Assembly (NCBI GenBank): GCA_029838195.1
Contig: JALGVJ010000005.1
Location: 1 to 64,000, forward strand
Direction: 5' to 3'
From: Promethearchaeota archaeon
GTDB taxonomy: Archaea; Asgardarchaeota; Lokiarchaeia; Sigyniarchaeales; SOKP01
Length of the DNA: 64,000 bases
Numbering within the stretch: the first letter of the stretch is position 1; each line of letters starts with the position of its first letter. The notes under the pieces were generated by a model that had not been told where the DNA came from, ran no database searches, and worked only from the letters and a program-made list of their open reading frames with translations. Position numbers and translations under genes: made by a program. Shown here piece by piece: positions 1 through 9,842 of the stretch.

Positions 1-126
1 GTGATTTTCCGAGGGGGCGACGAAACCAGATGTGTTATAATTGAGGGTTTTGTCGGAATGAGATTTAAAAAACTTAAAAAACAAGCTATATTATAAACTT
101 AAAAATACCCTCAGTAGTTAAGGAAT

Positions 127-1239
127 TTAAAATAAATAAGCGATAAGGAATAAAACCGTAGAACTAATAAAGGGATAAAGCAAGTTATCATCTATGTCTA
201 AATCCAAATAATCAATGAAGCCAATGATTAAAGCACCTAAAAGAGGATAAAGAATCATGTTAAGGAGGGTTAAATTGAAGTAAAATTCAATAATTTTAAG
301 AAAAATAAATCCCGATATAAAGCCAACGAGGATTTCAGCAATTAAACCGGCATAAGTTTTATTGGAGCTTTTTCTCAAGTGGAATTTACCTACTTTCTTT
401 CCTATTAAATTCGCTGCCATGTCACCAAAAATCGAAATTGTCATGGATAAGCAGATGATCAGCGGGCCAATGGGTTGAATGAGGCCATATAATAAAATAA
501 TGGAGAAGCATCCTATAGCCATGGAGATTTGGGGGCCTATTCGCATATGAAGTTCCTTTTCTCTTAAGATCTTGTTGACCGGCTTCAAGGGATAATTTTT
601 AGGACGTAATATTCTTACAAAATCCGCACTCATTAAGCCGATGGTTGATACCCCAACGAGAAACACGACGAGAAATTGAGTAAAAATCATAATATTATCT
701 TCCACGTCAAAGAGCAAGTAAAATAAGGTAGAAACTTGCACGGGTAAAAAAGAAAAAATTAAGATGAAAAAATTCTTGATTAAAAATCCCAATGTGAAAT
801 AAAAGAAAATAATACCCAAGACTACTAAATGAGTTAATTTTCTATAGATTTCATATTTATAAGGTAATTCATTTCGAATGAGAGGATCAGCATTGAGAAG
901 ATTATTGCTACTCATCTTTTCATTATCTTGAAGCGCGTTTAGTTTTTCCATTTTTCTTCCTTCTTTCCACATGAAAACGTGAAAAATGGGTAAAAAAATA
1001 AGGATGAATAGGACCATTAAAATGTCGAATGGAAATACTAATAAGCTTCGATGGAATGGATTTAAAGATTTAAAATTTAATAAATTAATAGAAAGTGCGA
1101 GAGTTAAAACGATGAAGTTAGCTAAATTATTAATAAAAGCTTTTCTTTCTCCCCTTTTTTTCGCAAGGAAGGCTATATAGAACAGCACGGCATTGTAAAA
1201 ATAAAAATAACATGTTACAATAAGAGATAAAACATTCAA
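127..1239 (-). CDS. Polytopic membrane protein, CTP-dependent polyprenol/diacylglycerol kinase family (dolichol/phytol kinase-like)
   Basis: Many hydrophobic segments; family motifs RKLTHL, GDMAANLIGKKVGK...NKTYAG and C-terminal DDNL. Confidence 0.75.
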   Translation of the reverse strand: MNVLSLIVTCYFYFYNAVLFYIAFLAKKRGERKAFINNLANFIVLTLALSINLLNFKSLNPFHRSLLVFPFDILMVLFILIFLPIFHVFMWKEGRKMEKLNALQDNEKMSSNNLLNADPLIRNELPYKYEIYRKLTHLVVLGIIFFYFTLGFLIKNFFILIFSFLPVQVSTLFYLLFDVEDNIMIFTQFLVVFLVGVSTIGLMSADFVRILRPKNYPLKPVNKILREKELHMRIGPQISMAIGCFSIILLYGLIQPIGPLIICLSMTISIFGDMAANLIGKKVGKFHLRKSSNKTYAGLIAEILVGFISGFIFLKIIEFYFNLTLLNMILYPLLGALIIGFIDYLDLDIDDNLLYPFISSTVLFLIAYLF

Positions 1240-1379
1240 TATGTTCCCTATTCACTCTTTTTATATAAAAGAGAGTTTTTCTTCAATTTTAAGATTTATT
1301 ATACAAAAAAAAAAAAAAGAAGAAAAAATCAATTTTTTTTTAATATTTGGGTTCTGTAAGCACTATAAAGGAAAATCTG

Positions 1380-2792
1380 TTAAGAAGGAGGGAAAAGAGC
1401 CGATTCATCCACCGTGGGCATTTCAGGATCATTTAATGCTTTTTCAATTTCCTCACTAGGCAATTCATAATCTTTTAAATCGCCGGTCATGTATTCCTTG
1501 TATGCGGAAAGATCAAAAAAGCCATGTCCACTAAAATTAAATACTATCGTCTTCTTTTCACCATTTTCTTTAGCCTTTAAGGCTTGAACCATGGCTTCTT
1601 TAACCGCATGAGCAGTTTCTGGTGCTGGTAATATACCTTCTGCTTTTGCAAAGAGAAGCCCCACTTCAATAATTTCAGTTTGATGATGCATGACCGCATC
1701 GATGATTTTATTATTGTATAGATTAGATATTATAGGTGCGATTCCGTGATATCTCAAACCACCTGCATGAATTGGACTAGGAATGAAATTATGTCCTAAC
1801 GTATGCATTTTTAAAATGGGAGCTTGTTTGGCAGTATCTCCATAATCCCATCTGTATTGCCCCTTACAAACGCTAGGACATGCTTTTGGTTCCACCCCAA
1901 TTATCTCCAGATCTGATAAGGTCCCATTCAGTTTATCTCGTACGAAGGGAATGATAAATCCTCCAAAATTAGAGCCCCCGCCCATGCATCCAATGAGCAC
2001 GTCAGGTTTAGCTCCTACTTTTTCTAATTGAATTTTAGTTTCTTGTCCTACGATAGTCTGGTGTAACAAAACAAAATTTACAACACTTCCTAAAGAATAT
2101 CGGGCCTTATCACTTCTAAGACTATGTTCCACGGCTTCTGAAATGGCAATTCCGAGACTTCCGGGATGTTCGGGATCTTTTTCATAGAATTTTTTTCCCG
2201 ATTCCGTGAATCGCGAAGGAGAGGCATGTACTTCAGCATTAAAAGCTCTCATTAAAATTTTTCGACCAGGTTTTTGGTGAAAACTAGCTCGTACCATGTA
2301 GACAACGCATTTCACACCAAAGAGATTGCACCCAAAAGATAATCCCGAGCCCCATTGACCTGCGCCTGTTTCCGTTACCAATTCCTCTACTCCTTCCTTT
2401 TTCGCATAATAAGCTTGTGCGATTGCTGTATTCGGTTTATGGGATCCTGTTGGAGAGACCGATTCGTTTTTATAAAATATTTTAATATCATCTCCTTCGA
2501 TCCCCAATTCTTTTTCAAGACCTAGCGCACGATGCAGTGGCGTGGGACGGTAAGTTCGCGCAAAAATTTCTCTTAAATCCTTTGGGATGGGTATAATGGG
2601 GTCCGTTGAGACTTCTTGGAGCACGCATTCCTTTGGAAAGATAGCACAAGCCATTTCAAAAGGTACGGGTTTTCCATCCATTGGACTAACCAATGGCGTC
2701 ATGGGGGTGGGTAAATCTGGCAAAATGTTCACCCATTCTTTTGGGAGTTCTCCCGGTTCTAATAATATTCTTGCTTCAAAATTATTTCCCAT
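1380..2792 (-). CDS. trpB2: Tryptophan synthase beta chain 2 (TrpB2 type)
   Basis: PLP-lysine motif SPTGSHKPN, ETGAGQWG, GGGSNFGG, HAGGLRYHG, FNFSGHG; long TrpB2-type N-terminus; no trpA nearby. Confidence 0.95.
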   Translation of the reverse strand: MGNNFEARILLEPGELPKEWVNILPDLPTPMTPLVSPMDGKPVPFEMACAIFPKECVLQEVSTDPIIPIPKDLREIFARTYRPTPLHRALGLEKELGIEGDDIKIFYKNESVSPTGSHKPNTAIAQAYYAKKEGVEELVTETGAGQWGSGLSFGCNLFGVKCVVYMVRASFHQKPGRKILMRAFNAEVHASPSRFTESGKKFYEKDPEHPGSLGIAISEAVEHSLRSDKARYSLGSVVNFVLLHQTIVGQETKIQLEKVGAKPDVLIGCMGGGSNFGGFIIPFVRDKLNGTLSDLEIIGVEPKACPSVCKGQYRWDYGDTAKQAPILKMHTLGHNFIPSPIHAGGLRYHGIAPIISNLYNNKIIDAVMHHQTEIIEVGLLFAKAEGILPAPETAHAVKEAMVQALKAKENGEKKTIVFNFSGHGFFDLSAYKEYMTGDLKDYELPSEEIEKALNDPEMPTVDESALFPPS

Positions 2793-2825
2793 TTTTCTTA
2801 CCTTTATACAGTAAAATTGTTTTTA

Positions 2826-3033
2826 TTCGTGTCTCAGAATAAATATTGGAGTTCAATATTTATCGTGCACGAAAAAGAGATAAAAATTTCTAAAGCTTCA
2901 AGAGTGTCAAAACACTTGACAAGAGAAGCAGAGGTGATTTGGTTTATTCCAATGAACAGGCGTTCTCTAACGCCATTGCCACTGCCAACGCCAAGAATTT
3001 ATAAGAAGTGTTGACATATATTTAAACCAAATC
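2826..3033 (-). promoter_or_regulatory. Structured 5' leader of trpB2 (candidate attenuator)
   Basis: Inverted repeats 2936-2946/3023-3033 (11 bp perfect), 2959-2964/2969-2974, 2905-2910/2916-2921, 2839-2848/2854-2863 and 2826-2831/2868-2873; U-rich tract on the mRNA at about 2872-2889. Confidence 0.65.
2967..3017 (-). CDS. Trp-rich leader peptide (uORF) MSTLLINSWRWQWQWR upstream of trpB2
   Basis: Minus strand ATG TCA ACA CTT CTT ATA AAT TCT TGG CGT TGG CAG TGG CAA TGG CGT TAG; 4 TGG in the last 8 codons; ends about 175 nt upstream of trpB2 on the same strand; TATA-like TTTTTATATA at about 3063-3072. Confidence 0.85.
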   Translation of the reverse strand: MSTLLINSWRWQWQWR

Positions 3034-3113
3034 TTAAAATATTGAAAATAAAAAATCATGATTATATAAAAACTTAATCAATTTTGGAAAGCCCCTTGGG
3101 GAGAATGATCTCT

Positions 3114-3518
3114 TTATCTTCCTTCAAAAATTTTTTTAAGATTATTTGCAGCTACTCTCATTACTTTTACGGTTTTCATCATGGTATCAATAATCGTGCC
3201 CGCACACATAATCACGAATTTTCCCGCATTGCTGATGACGATGTATCCATTTTCTGCTCGTACGATGATCTCATCTAAGTCTTCTTGAAATAGAGTTTGT
3301 ATGGTAGAACGGCCTGTTAGGAGAATCGCTGATATTTGCCCGCAGAATTGGTCAGCATCCACGTTGTAATGGGGCAAACTAGAAAATGCTATTTGATATC
3401 CTTCAAAACTCACTAGTGCAATTGCTTCAATATCTGCATTCGTAGTGATAAAGGTGATTTGAGGGCTAATTTTTTCTATATCATCTTGAGTAATTCCCAA
3501 ATCTGCGCCAAATTCCAT
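3114..3518 (-). CDS. Roadblock/LC7 (LAMTOR/MglB-like) domain protein
   Basis: 134 aa with the pattern IEAIALVSFEGYQIA...LDEIIVRAENGYIVISNAG typical of the roadblock fold. Confidence 0.85.
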   Translation of the reverse strand: MEFGADLGITQDDIEKISPQITFITTNADIEAIALVSFEGYQIAFSSLPHYNVDADQFCGQISAILLTGRSTIQTLFQEDLDEIIVRAENGYIVISNAGKFVIMCAGTIIDTMMKTVKVMRVAANNLKKIFEGR

Positions 3519-3761
3519 TCGTTGCGAACCTTAAGTAAAGTATTAAGATTTTAAATATATAGAAATAATGAGGCAATTTTTATTTATATTTTTTCATGAT
3601 GGGAAATAGTCAATTTAAAAAAAAAGGGGAAGCAAATGAACAAGAGATATGAAAGAAAAAAATAATTGTCAAATTTTTCTTGTTTAAGATATATTTATTT
3701 TAGAGTTTGTTTATAATTATTAAAGAAGGCATATTAAAATATAAAAAAGAAGGACTGTATC

Positions 3762-6062
3762 ATGATTACGACGAGAGAGGCAATCAATTATCAGTTTTCT
3801 ATAATTTATGGATACTCGTCTCAAAAGGATGATTTTTCGGTAGGAGATGTTTTTGGACCGGGGAATTTGACGAGAGAAAAGGTAAAACAACTTTCTCATG
3901 AAGTCATCCGGTTTTTAAGGATGTATAATGCCGTTTTACGAGATTTTTGCGGTTCGGAAGTATTTTCTATCGAATTTGAACTTCATAATTTGGTTGAGTT
4001 AAACATACCTTATCCAAAATCCATGATACTCATTCCCGGTCGATTTAAGGATCGTGAAAGCTTATTACTTGCGTTAAAGCCGGATACGGGCTACATTAAC
4101 ATGCATAAATCAAGAGCATCCGTGGATACAATAAGCAAGCTCTTTTTCGAGGTTGAAGAATTTAGCGAGCATCCCGAGTTAAATTCTCAAGAAAAGGAGA
4201 GATTCTTGAATAAATTTGCCTCTCGTTTTGCATTAAGATTATTCGGAGAGCTTCTTGAAAATAAATGGGCAAAAAAACTAATTGGACTTAGTGAAGCTCT
4301 TCCTACGGAAAAAGACATGCTCACTAAATATATTGATATTTCTTCTAAATATGAAATATCATGGTTAACCAGGCCTCCTAAAATAAAAATAAAAGAGCCT
4401 AAATTTCAAAAGATTAAAAATCCGCCTGAGGAAAAATCCATTTTAGATCATTTAAAATACAAAATTTCAGAGCCGAGTGCTTATTTCATCGTAGAAAAAA
4501 CCGTACAATTAGGGTCAGATTTGTTTAATTTAGCAAATACAGGTACCATAGATGAGACAAAAGAACAGCTCGTGCTTTTCATTGTACGGAAATTACAAGA
4601 AGAATTTAAGAAAATTTCTTCTCCTTATTTTGTTAATAAATTCATGCCTAAAATGAGAGCAATATTAAAAGATATAGAAGTTTATTTTCAAGAATTCATA
4701 GAGCATTCCAATACATTTTTAAAGATGGGAGAAGTGGGAACGCTTTTGGATTTATTGGAGAAATTTAAATATTATGTGTGTGAGAAGGGGCACTCATGTA
4801 ATAATGATTATGAAGAGATCAGTACAATTGCGATTAATTATTTTAAGCAATACATTATCGAGCAAGAAAAGTTAAGAGCTATAGATTTGAGTTCAGGTGT
4901 AAATTATTTTTCAGAACTCATAAAAAGCAGTTTCAAGTTGATACAAGAGGCTCTACCCAGTTATCTATCTCGAAAAAAGCTAATAGAATTGGAGCAATCC
5001 TTCCATAAATTATTAAAGGAGAAATTGGAGCAAGAACAAGAACCGGCACGGATATTAGGACATAAAATTATTGAAAAATATCATGAAAATCTTAGAGAGC
5101 TCATTGAAAGACACCCGCTCGTGTCCAAGAAAACACATTTCTATGATGATAAACTCTTGAAAGAAGCATTTGACTCCATTTTACATGAGAGTTTAGATTC
5201 TTTTTTTGATTCTTTTCAATTAGGGATTGCCGATATCATCTCATTTGCTGAAGAGGGACTCGGAAGCAGTGTTAATAGCGTGAAAGATCACATGGAAAAA
5301 TTTAAAACTTTTGAAAAAGAGCTTCATTTCCTTATGAATTATATCTTACGAGATTCTACAATCAATCGATTCTTAAAACAATATTCTATTGAAGAATTAA
5401 ATGATCCCCTTGACTTTTTGACCCGTTTTTCTCGTTTTTTGGAGAGAAGGATGGGAGGATTTAATTTGCATTGGGATAAATATATATTGGAATGGATTCA
5501 GGATTTTATTAATAAACTTGAGGAGACCTCGCTCCAAAAAGATTTACCTTTTATAGAAGTACATGAACAATTCATTACCTATTTGGAAGAAAGAGAGAAT
5601 TATGAAACTCAAATTGAAGCTTTCATGGATTTTTTAGATGGATACATAGCAAATGTAGAAGATCTTGAACAAAAGGAGGTGCTCTTAGAATTTTTTAAAC
5701 AATATGAATTTTGTTTGGATATTAAAAAAGAATTTCCTCAATACTTGAAAAGGAAAGTTAAAAAAGTAATTGAAGCATTTAAACCGACTAACGAGCCCCG
5801 AATACCCATTTCTTATTTATCTATCGAGAATAGACAAGATTTTTTTGATTATCTAAGAGAAACGGAGCTAAAATATTTTTCTAAATTAATTCCTCGTCCT
5901 AAAACAATCATCTTGCGACATTTATTAACGAATGATGAGAAAGAGGTATTTTATGGCGATTTATATCATGTCTTCGAGTTTAAATTCTTAAAATCTTACT
6001 TGGAATTAAGTGTGAATGATAATTTTAATAGAATATTTAGAGAATGGTCCAGAAGGCTTTAA
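3762..6062 (+). CDS. Hypothetical protein, 766 aa, largely alpha-helical
   Basis: Long ORF with genome-typical composition; no recognisable motif. Confidence 0.8.
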   Translation: MITTREAINYQFSIIYGYSSQKDDFSVGDVFGPGNLTREKVKQLSHEVIRFLRMYNAVLRDFCGSEVFSIEFELHNLVELNIPYPKSMILIPGRFKDRESLLLALKPDTGYINMHKSRASVDTISKLFFEVEEFSEHPELNSQEKERFLNKFASRFALRLFGELLENKWAKKLIGLSEALPTEKDMLTKYIDISSKYEISWLTRPPKIKIKEPKFQKIKNPPEEKSILDHLKYKISEPSAYFIVEKTVQLGSDLFNLANTGTIDETKEQLVLFIVRKLQEEFKKISSPYFVNKFMPKMRAILKDIEVYFQEFIEHSNTFLKMGEVGTLLDLLEKFKYYVCEKGHSCNNDYEEISTIAINYFKQYIIEQEKLRAIDLSSGVNYFSELIKSSFKLIQEALPSYLSRKKLIELEQSFHKLLKEKLEQEQEPARILGHKIIEKYHENLRELIERHPLVSKKTHFYDDKLLKEAFDSILHESLDSFFDSFQLGIADIISFAEEGLGSSVNSVKDHMEKFKTFEKELHFLMNYILRDSTINRFLKQYSIEELNDPLDFLTRFSRFLERRMGGFNLHWDKYILEWIQDFINKLEETSLQKDLPFIEVHEQFITYLEERENYETQIEAFMDFLDGYIANVEDLEQKEVLLEFFKQYEFCLDIKKEFPQYLKRKVKKVIEAFKPTNEPRIPISYLSIENRQDFFDYLRETELKYFSKLIPRPKTIILRHLLTNDEKEVFYGDLYHVFEFKFLKSYLELSVNDNFNRIFREWSRRL

Positions 6063-6124
6063 CAATAGCCATGAAAAGTTTATTTCGAATATTTATTAAA
6101 AAAGTTAATACTTGAAAGAAAAAA

Positions 6125-8530
6125 TTGGTAAAAAAGATGATAATTGGAATTAAGCGGAAAAAGACTGCCATAGAGAGCACATATCGGTTTTTTCAAACCA
6201 TGGATTTATTAATTTCTCATTTCAAAAGAGAAGCAGATAAAAACAAGATATTTGAATTAACTACTAATGAAACCACGCTTGAAAACTATTTATTAGCAAC
6301 CGCTGCGGTTCATCTTTATCATAATTTGGGCATTCGGGTGAAAGATATTTTAAATCCAGAGATTTCTACGGTGGAATCCACGAGAAATTTGGAAATAAAA
6401 GAGAAAGAGATACTTCTTGACGAATTAAAGATATTATTAGGGGATTCTTTTCACCTTGAAATAGAAATCCTTTTTAAGCTCATTGAATTTGAAAATAAAT
6501 TTTTATCTTTTTTAATAAAAGAGCGAGATCCTACCCTCTCGAACAAGAAGAGAGAAGATTTACTTAAAGTGATAGATCTTGAATTAGAAGAGGAACTCCT
6601 CCAATATATCCGAACACGCCCGCAATTTTGTTTTTATGATTTAATGAGTGATTTAATGGGGTTGACTAATGAGATAAAAATGAACATCTTGGAAGAAAGT
6701 GCTTCGATGAAAGAATTATCCGTAGAAATTGAAAAAAAATTGAAATTAAAAGAAAAAGAAGATAAATACATTGAATTATCCACGTTAACCCGTGTAATAC
6801 AAAAATTGCAAGAGGATTTTGAGTTTCAATCTTATAAAGAATTACAACTTCAAGCCATGCCTATTAGAATGATAAAAAAAAAGGTTTTTCAATATCATTT
6901 GGAGAAATACCCCATTTCCGTCAATGGCCTTAAGGCATTTATCGAAGGTAATGTTTTCAAGAAGGAATTAATTAGCCACATGCAAGATGCATTTTTCAAA
7001 ACGATTAATTATGATGATTTTGAAAGTGAGATGCTTACTCACTTGAAAACCATGATAATTGAGAAACTGAAAGCCAATCCTAATGATTTAATATATTTTT
7101 TGCAAGCGCTTTTCGAACGAGACTTCACGGATATCATATTTACGTTTAACAAATTTGGAATTTATAACATTTCTCAATTAATGAACATGAATGATAACTT
7201 GTCCAAACTAGTTCGTCAGAACATGATTCGCTACAATATTAGCAAATTTGATATCATGAATTTAAATGATAAAAATAAAGATTTGATATATTTAACTAAA
7301 AAAGCAATATGCGAATTAGACTTGCCTACTTTAAAGAAAAAGCTTAATATTACGGGGAATATTACCAATTTAGACTTTAAAAACATGTTAATTGAAGATA
7401 AGCGTGAACATCAAGAATTATGGCAGGAGATTCAAAAAAAAATTAATCATGAGAAAAATGAGATAAGAGAAACGCTGAGGAAAAAAGAACTCGTGGAAAA
7501 ATTTTTTTTTGAAAAATTGCAATTAAAAAACTACGATCAAATCCTTCTTTTACTTGAATTTGATCATTTCCTTGAAAATTTGTCTAAGGAAATTTTCTTT
7601 CAATTAATTTCTAAAATTCTACGACAATTAAGCAGAATTATTGAATCATACCTGAAAATCACGAGTGATAAAGCCTTATACTTGTTAGGGTTGAAAAAAA
7701 TCTCGGGATTAACGGAATCAGAAGATTGGGTGAGAATTAAACTGGAAGAACTCTTGATTAATCGCATCATGGACCGTCAAAAAGAATTGACGGTTGTATT
7801 GAATGCTGTTGATAAACCTTTCTTGGTTAACGGATTCATGCTATCACGCCTTATAGATATTCCCCTAGAGGCGAGTATAAAAGAATTGCAAGAAAGCCCA
7901 AGTCCTCTATATGAGGATATTAAACCCGTGAAATTGCATTCAGAATTCATATATCCTAGCTCTTACTGCTTGGCTTTTGACTTGTTAAAACGATTTGAAA
8001 AATTTGAAGAAAAAAGAAAAAAAGAAGTAAAAAAAGTTGTCGAAGAAAAAGTCGAGAAAAAAGAACAGAAAAAAAAAGAACTCCGCAAAAAACAACAAGA
8101 AAGCGCTTTTAATTGGATTGAACGCAGAATCATTTCTGCCCTCATGAGAATCAATAGCCCCGGCATTAACCCTACCCTCCTATACTGGCAAGAAAATGAT
8201 ACAAAAATTACATCAGATAATATCAAGCTCTATAGTGAAAAAGAAGGGAACACGATAGATCTATTCATCGAATTTTTCACCTTTGCCATTGACAAAATAC
8301 GAGAACATGCTCCATCTCTCATTTTACCCGATAAGCAAAAAATTTCAGCATTCGTAAAAACGACGGTAAATAAAATACTCATGGAAAGGATTAAACGAGA
8401 ACCTAGCCCAGAGGACATAAATACCATACTCGAAGGAGAGCGGTTTGAAATTTCAAAAACCATTGCCAATAAAATAGGTGAATTCTTAAATAAAGCCCTT
8501 TATGCTAAATTCAAAAATAAGAGAAGATAA
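6125..8530 (+). CDS. Hypothetical protein, about 800 aa, helical with a K/E-rich coiled coil
   Basis: Long ORF; charged segment EEKRKKEVKKVVEEKVEKKEQKKKELRKKQQE; start may be the downstream ATG. Confidence 0.8.
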   Translation: MVKKMIIGIKRKKTAIESTYRFFQTMDLLISHFKREADKNKIFELTTNETTLENYLLATAAVHLYHNLGIRVKDILNPEISTVESTRNLEIKEKEILLDELKILLGDSFHLEIEILFKLIEFENKFLSFLIKERDPTLSNKKREDLLKVIDLELEEELLQYIRTRPQFCFYDLMSDLMGLTNEIKMNILEESASMKELSVEIEKKLKLKEKEDKYIELSTLTRVIQKLQEDFEFQSYKELQLQAMPIRMIKKKVFQYHLEKYPISVNGLKAFIEGNVFKKELISHMQDAFFKTINYDDFESEMLTHLKTMIIEKLKANPNDLIYFLQALFERDFTDIIFTFNKFGIYNISQLMNMNDNLSKLVRQNMIRYNISKFDIMNLNDKNKDLIYLTKKAICELDLPTLKKKLNITGNITNLDFKNMLIEDKREHQELWQEIQKKINHEKNEIRETLRKKELVEKFFFEKLQLKNYDQILLLLEFDHFLENLSKEIFFQLISKILRQLSRIIESYLKITSDKALYLLGLKKISGLTESEDWVRIKLEELLINRIMDRQKELTVVLNAVDKPFLVNGFMLSRLIDIPLEASIKELQESPSPLYEDIKPVKLHSEFIYPSSYCLAFDLLKRFEKFEEKRKKEVKKVVEEKVEKKEQKKKELRKKQQESAFNWIERRIISALMRINSPGINPTLLYWQENDTKITSDNIKLYSEKEGNTIDLFIEFFTFAIDKIREHAPSLILPDKQKISAFVKTTVNKILMERIKREPSPEDINTILEGERFEISKTIANKIGEFLNKALYAKFKNKRR

Positions 8531-8608
8531 CATGCCCTCATCTCGTCTTTTAAAAAGGTTTTAAAATTTTAAAACATTTAGAACATAAACTATTTTCATA
8601 AAATTATC

Positions 8609-8875
8609 ATGTCCATCATCCTTTCTTGGATTAGAAAAGGGTTTAAAAAATTCAAAGACTCTTTTGACCTCATCGTTAAAGGCTTATTCATCTGTGTCTC
8701 AGCCTTTTCTGGTCTTTCTGTCGCCATCATGCTTAGGATTTTGGAATATAGAGGAATTTACATCACATTAGCTGGCGCCTTCATGCAACTCTTCTCGATG
8801 ATTCTACTTTATCTTATTTTCAAAAAGAATTTAATCTCAGAAGAAGAAAAAAAGGAAGAAACCACGTATAAATAA
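8609..8875 (+). CDS. Small two-TM membrane protein
   Basis: Two hydrophobic segments and a charged C-terminal tail; co-oriented with the two large ORFs. Confidence 0.7.
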   Translation: MSIILSWIRKGFKKFKDSFDLIVKGLFICVSAFSGLSVAIMLRILEYRGIYITLAGAFMQLFSMILLYLIFKKNLISEEEKKEETTYK

Positions 8876-8885
8876 CTCACTTTTC

Positions 8886-9611
8886 CTAAATGGAGATGTA
8901 TTTCTCCCAAGGACGGCTTATTCCATAATATTTTAAATAATTACTCAATTCCATCAAAGAACTCAGGGGCTCAAATTCCCATGCCTTTTCTCGGTTAAAT
9001 GAAACACACTTTATCTCTTTCAAATTAAAATTAGATTTCACTAATAATCCATATATAGCAACTTGTGGTAAAGAAAGAAGGAAATTTCCTTCTGGTTTAT
9101 AATCTATCACCTTAACTACTCCATCTTCAAATTGAATTAAATCCACGTGCCCAGTCAAATAGGAATCCCTCATTTTCCTCCAAATTGGAACCTCTATTGC
9201 TATTGAATGCTCATCCTTTATCAAAATGTTCTTTAAAATAGGTTCATGACCAGGTTTCTTGTAGATTTTATTTATCCTGTAGTTATTAAATACCTGTCGA
9301 ACATGTACAGGAAATCTGGAATCTTGACCATGATACTCTATTTTACCCGATCGTATTAGTTTCTTGCTCAAACTGTTCACGAACGTTTTTTTCAAGCCCA
9401 TAACCTTGAAGCGCGAGATTCGAGGCACCCCTCTCGTGTTAAAAATATTTTCCGGAATCCTTCCATCATAAACCCGTTTCAAGTAATTCCCTAAGGTTTC
9501 ATAATCCCTGATTTCTCCCCTGGCTTGTTTCATCATCTGCTCATAATTCCTCAAATTCCAATGGAATGAATAATTTATACGTTGATGATAAAAATCCTTG
9601 CGTTTTAACAT
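8886..9611 (-). CDS. PD-(D/E)XK nuclease family protein (RecB/Cas4-like catalytic motifs)
   Basis: EVPI...GHVDLI...IDYKP...PQVAIY motif set. Confidence 0.8.
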   Translation of the reverse strand: MLKRKDFYHQRINYSFHWNLRNYEQMMKQARGEIRDYETLGNYLKRVYDGRIPENIFNTRGVPRISRFKVMGLKKTFVNSLSKKLIRSGKIEYHGQDSRFPVHVRQVFNNYRINKIYKKPGHEPILKNILIKDEHSIAIEVPIWRKMRDSYLTGHVDLIQFEDGVVKVIDYKPEGNFLLSLPQVAIYGLLVKSNFNLKEIKCVSFNREKAWEFEPLSSLMELSNYLKYYGISRPWEKYISI

Positions 9612-9842
9612 CTGTCGCTTGTATTAAATTTAATAAACTTACAAAAGCTTTAGTATGTTTATTAAATATTCATCCAAATTAATAAAATTGAAATATTAAT
9701 CCCCTATTAACCTTAGAATCCTTCAAACTTTCATCTTTTATTGCAAATACGGGTCGTTTCCATGAAAACAACCAAATCAATGAATATCTCTTAGTTCTTA
9801 TAAAAAATTTCAAGAAAAAATGAGAAAAGAGGAGTAAAAATA

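Noticed and set aside
1-96. GC-richer stretch with CGAAAC (hammerhead-like) and open frames on both strands at the window edge
   Set aside because: Truncated by the window boundary; no CUGAUGA core is visible, and a gene end cannot be distinguished from a gene start
2817-3014. 65-aa + strand ORF, with GAGGTGAT inside it
   Set aside because: Antisense to the trpB2 leader; its PLPLPTP stretch is simply the reverse complement of the Trp codons
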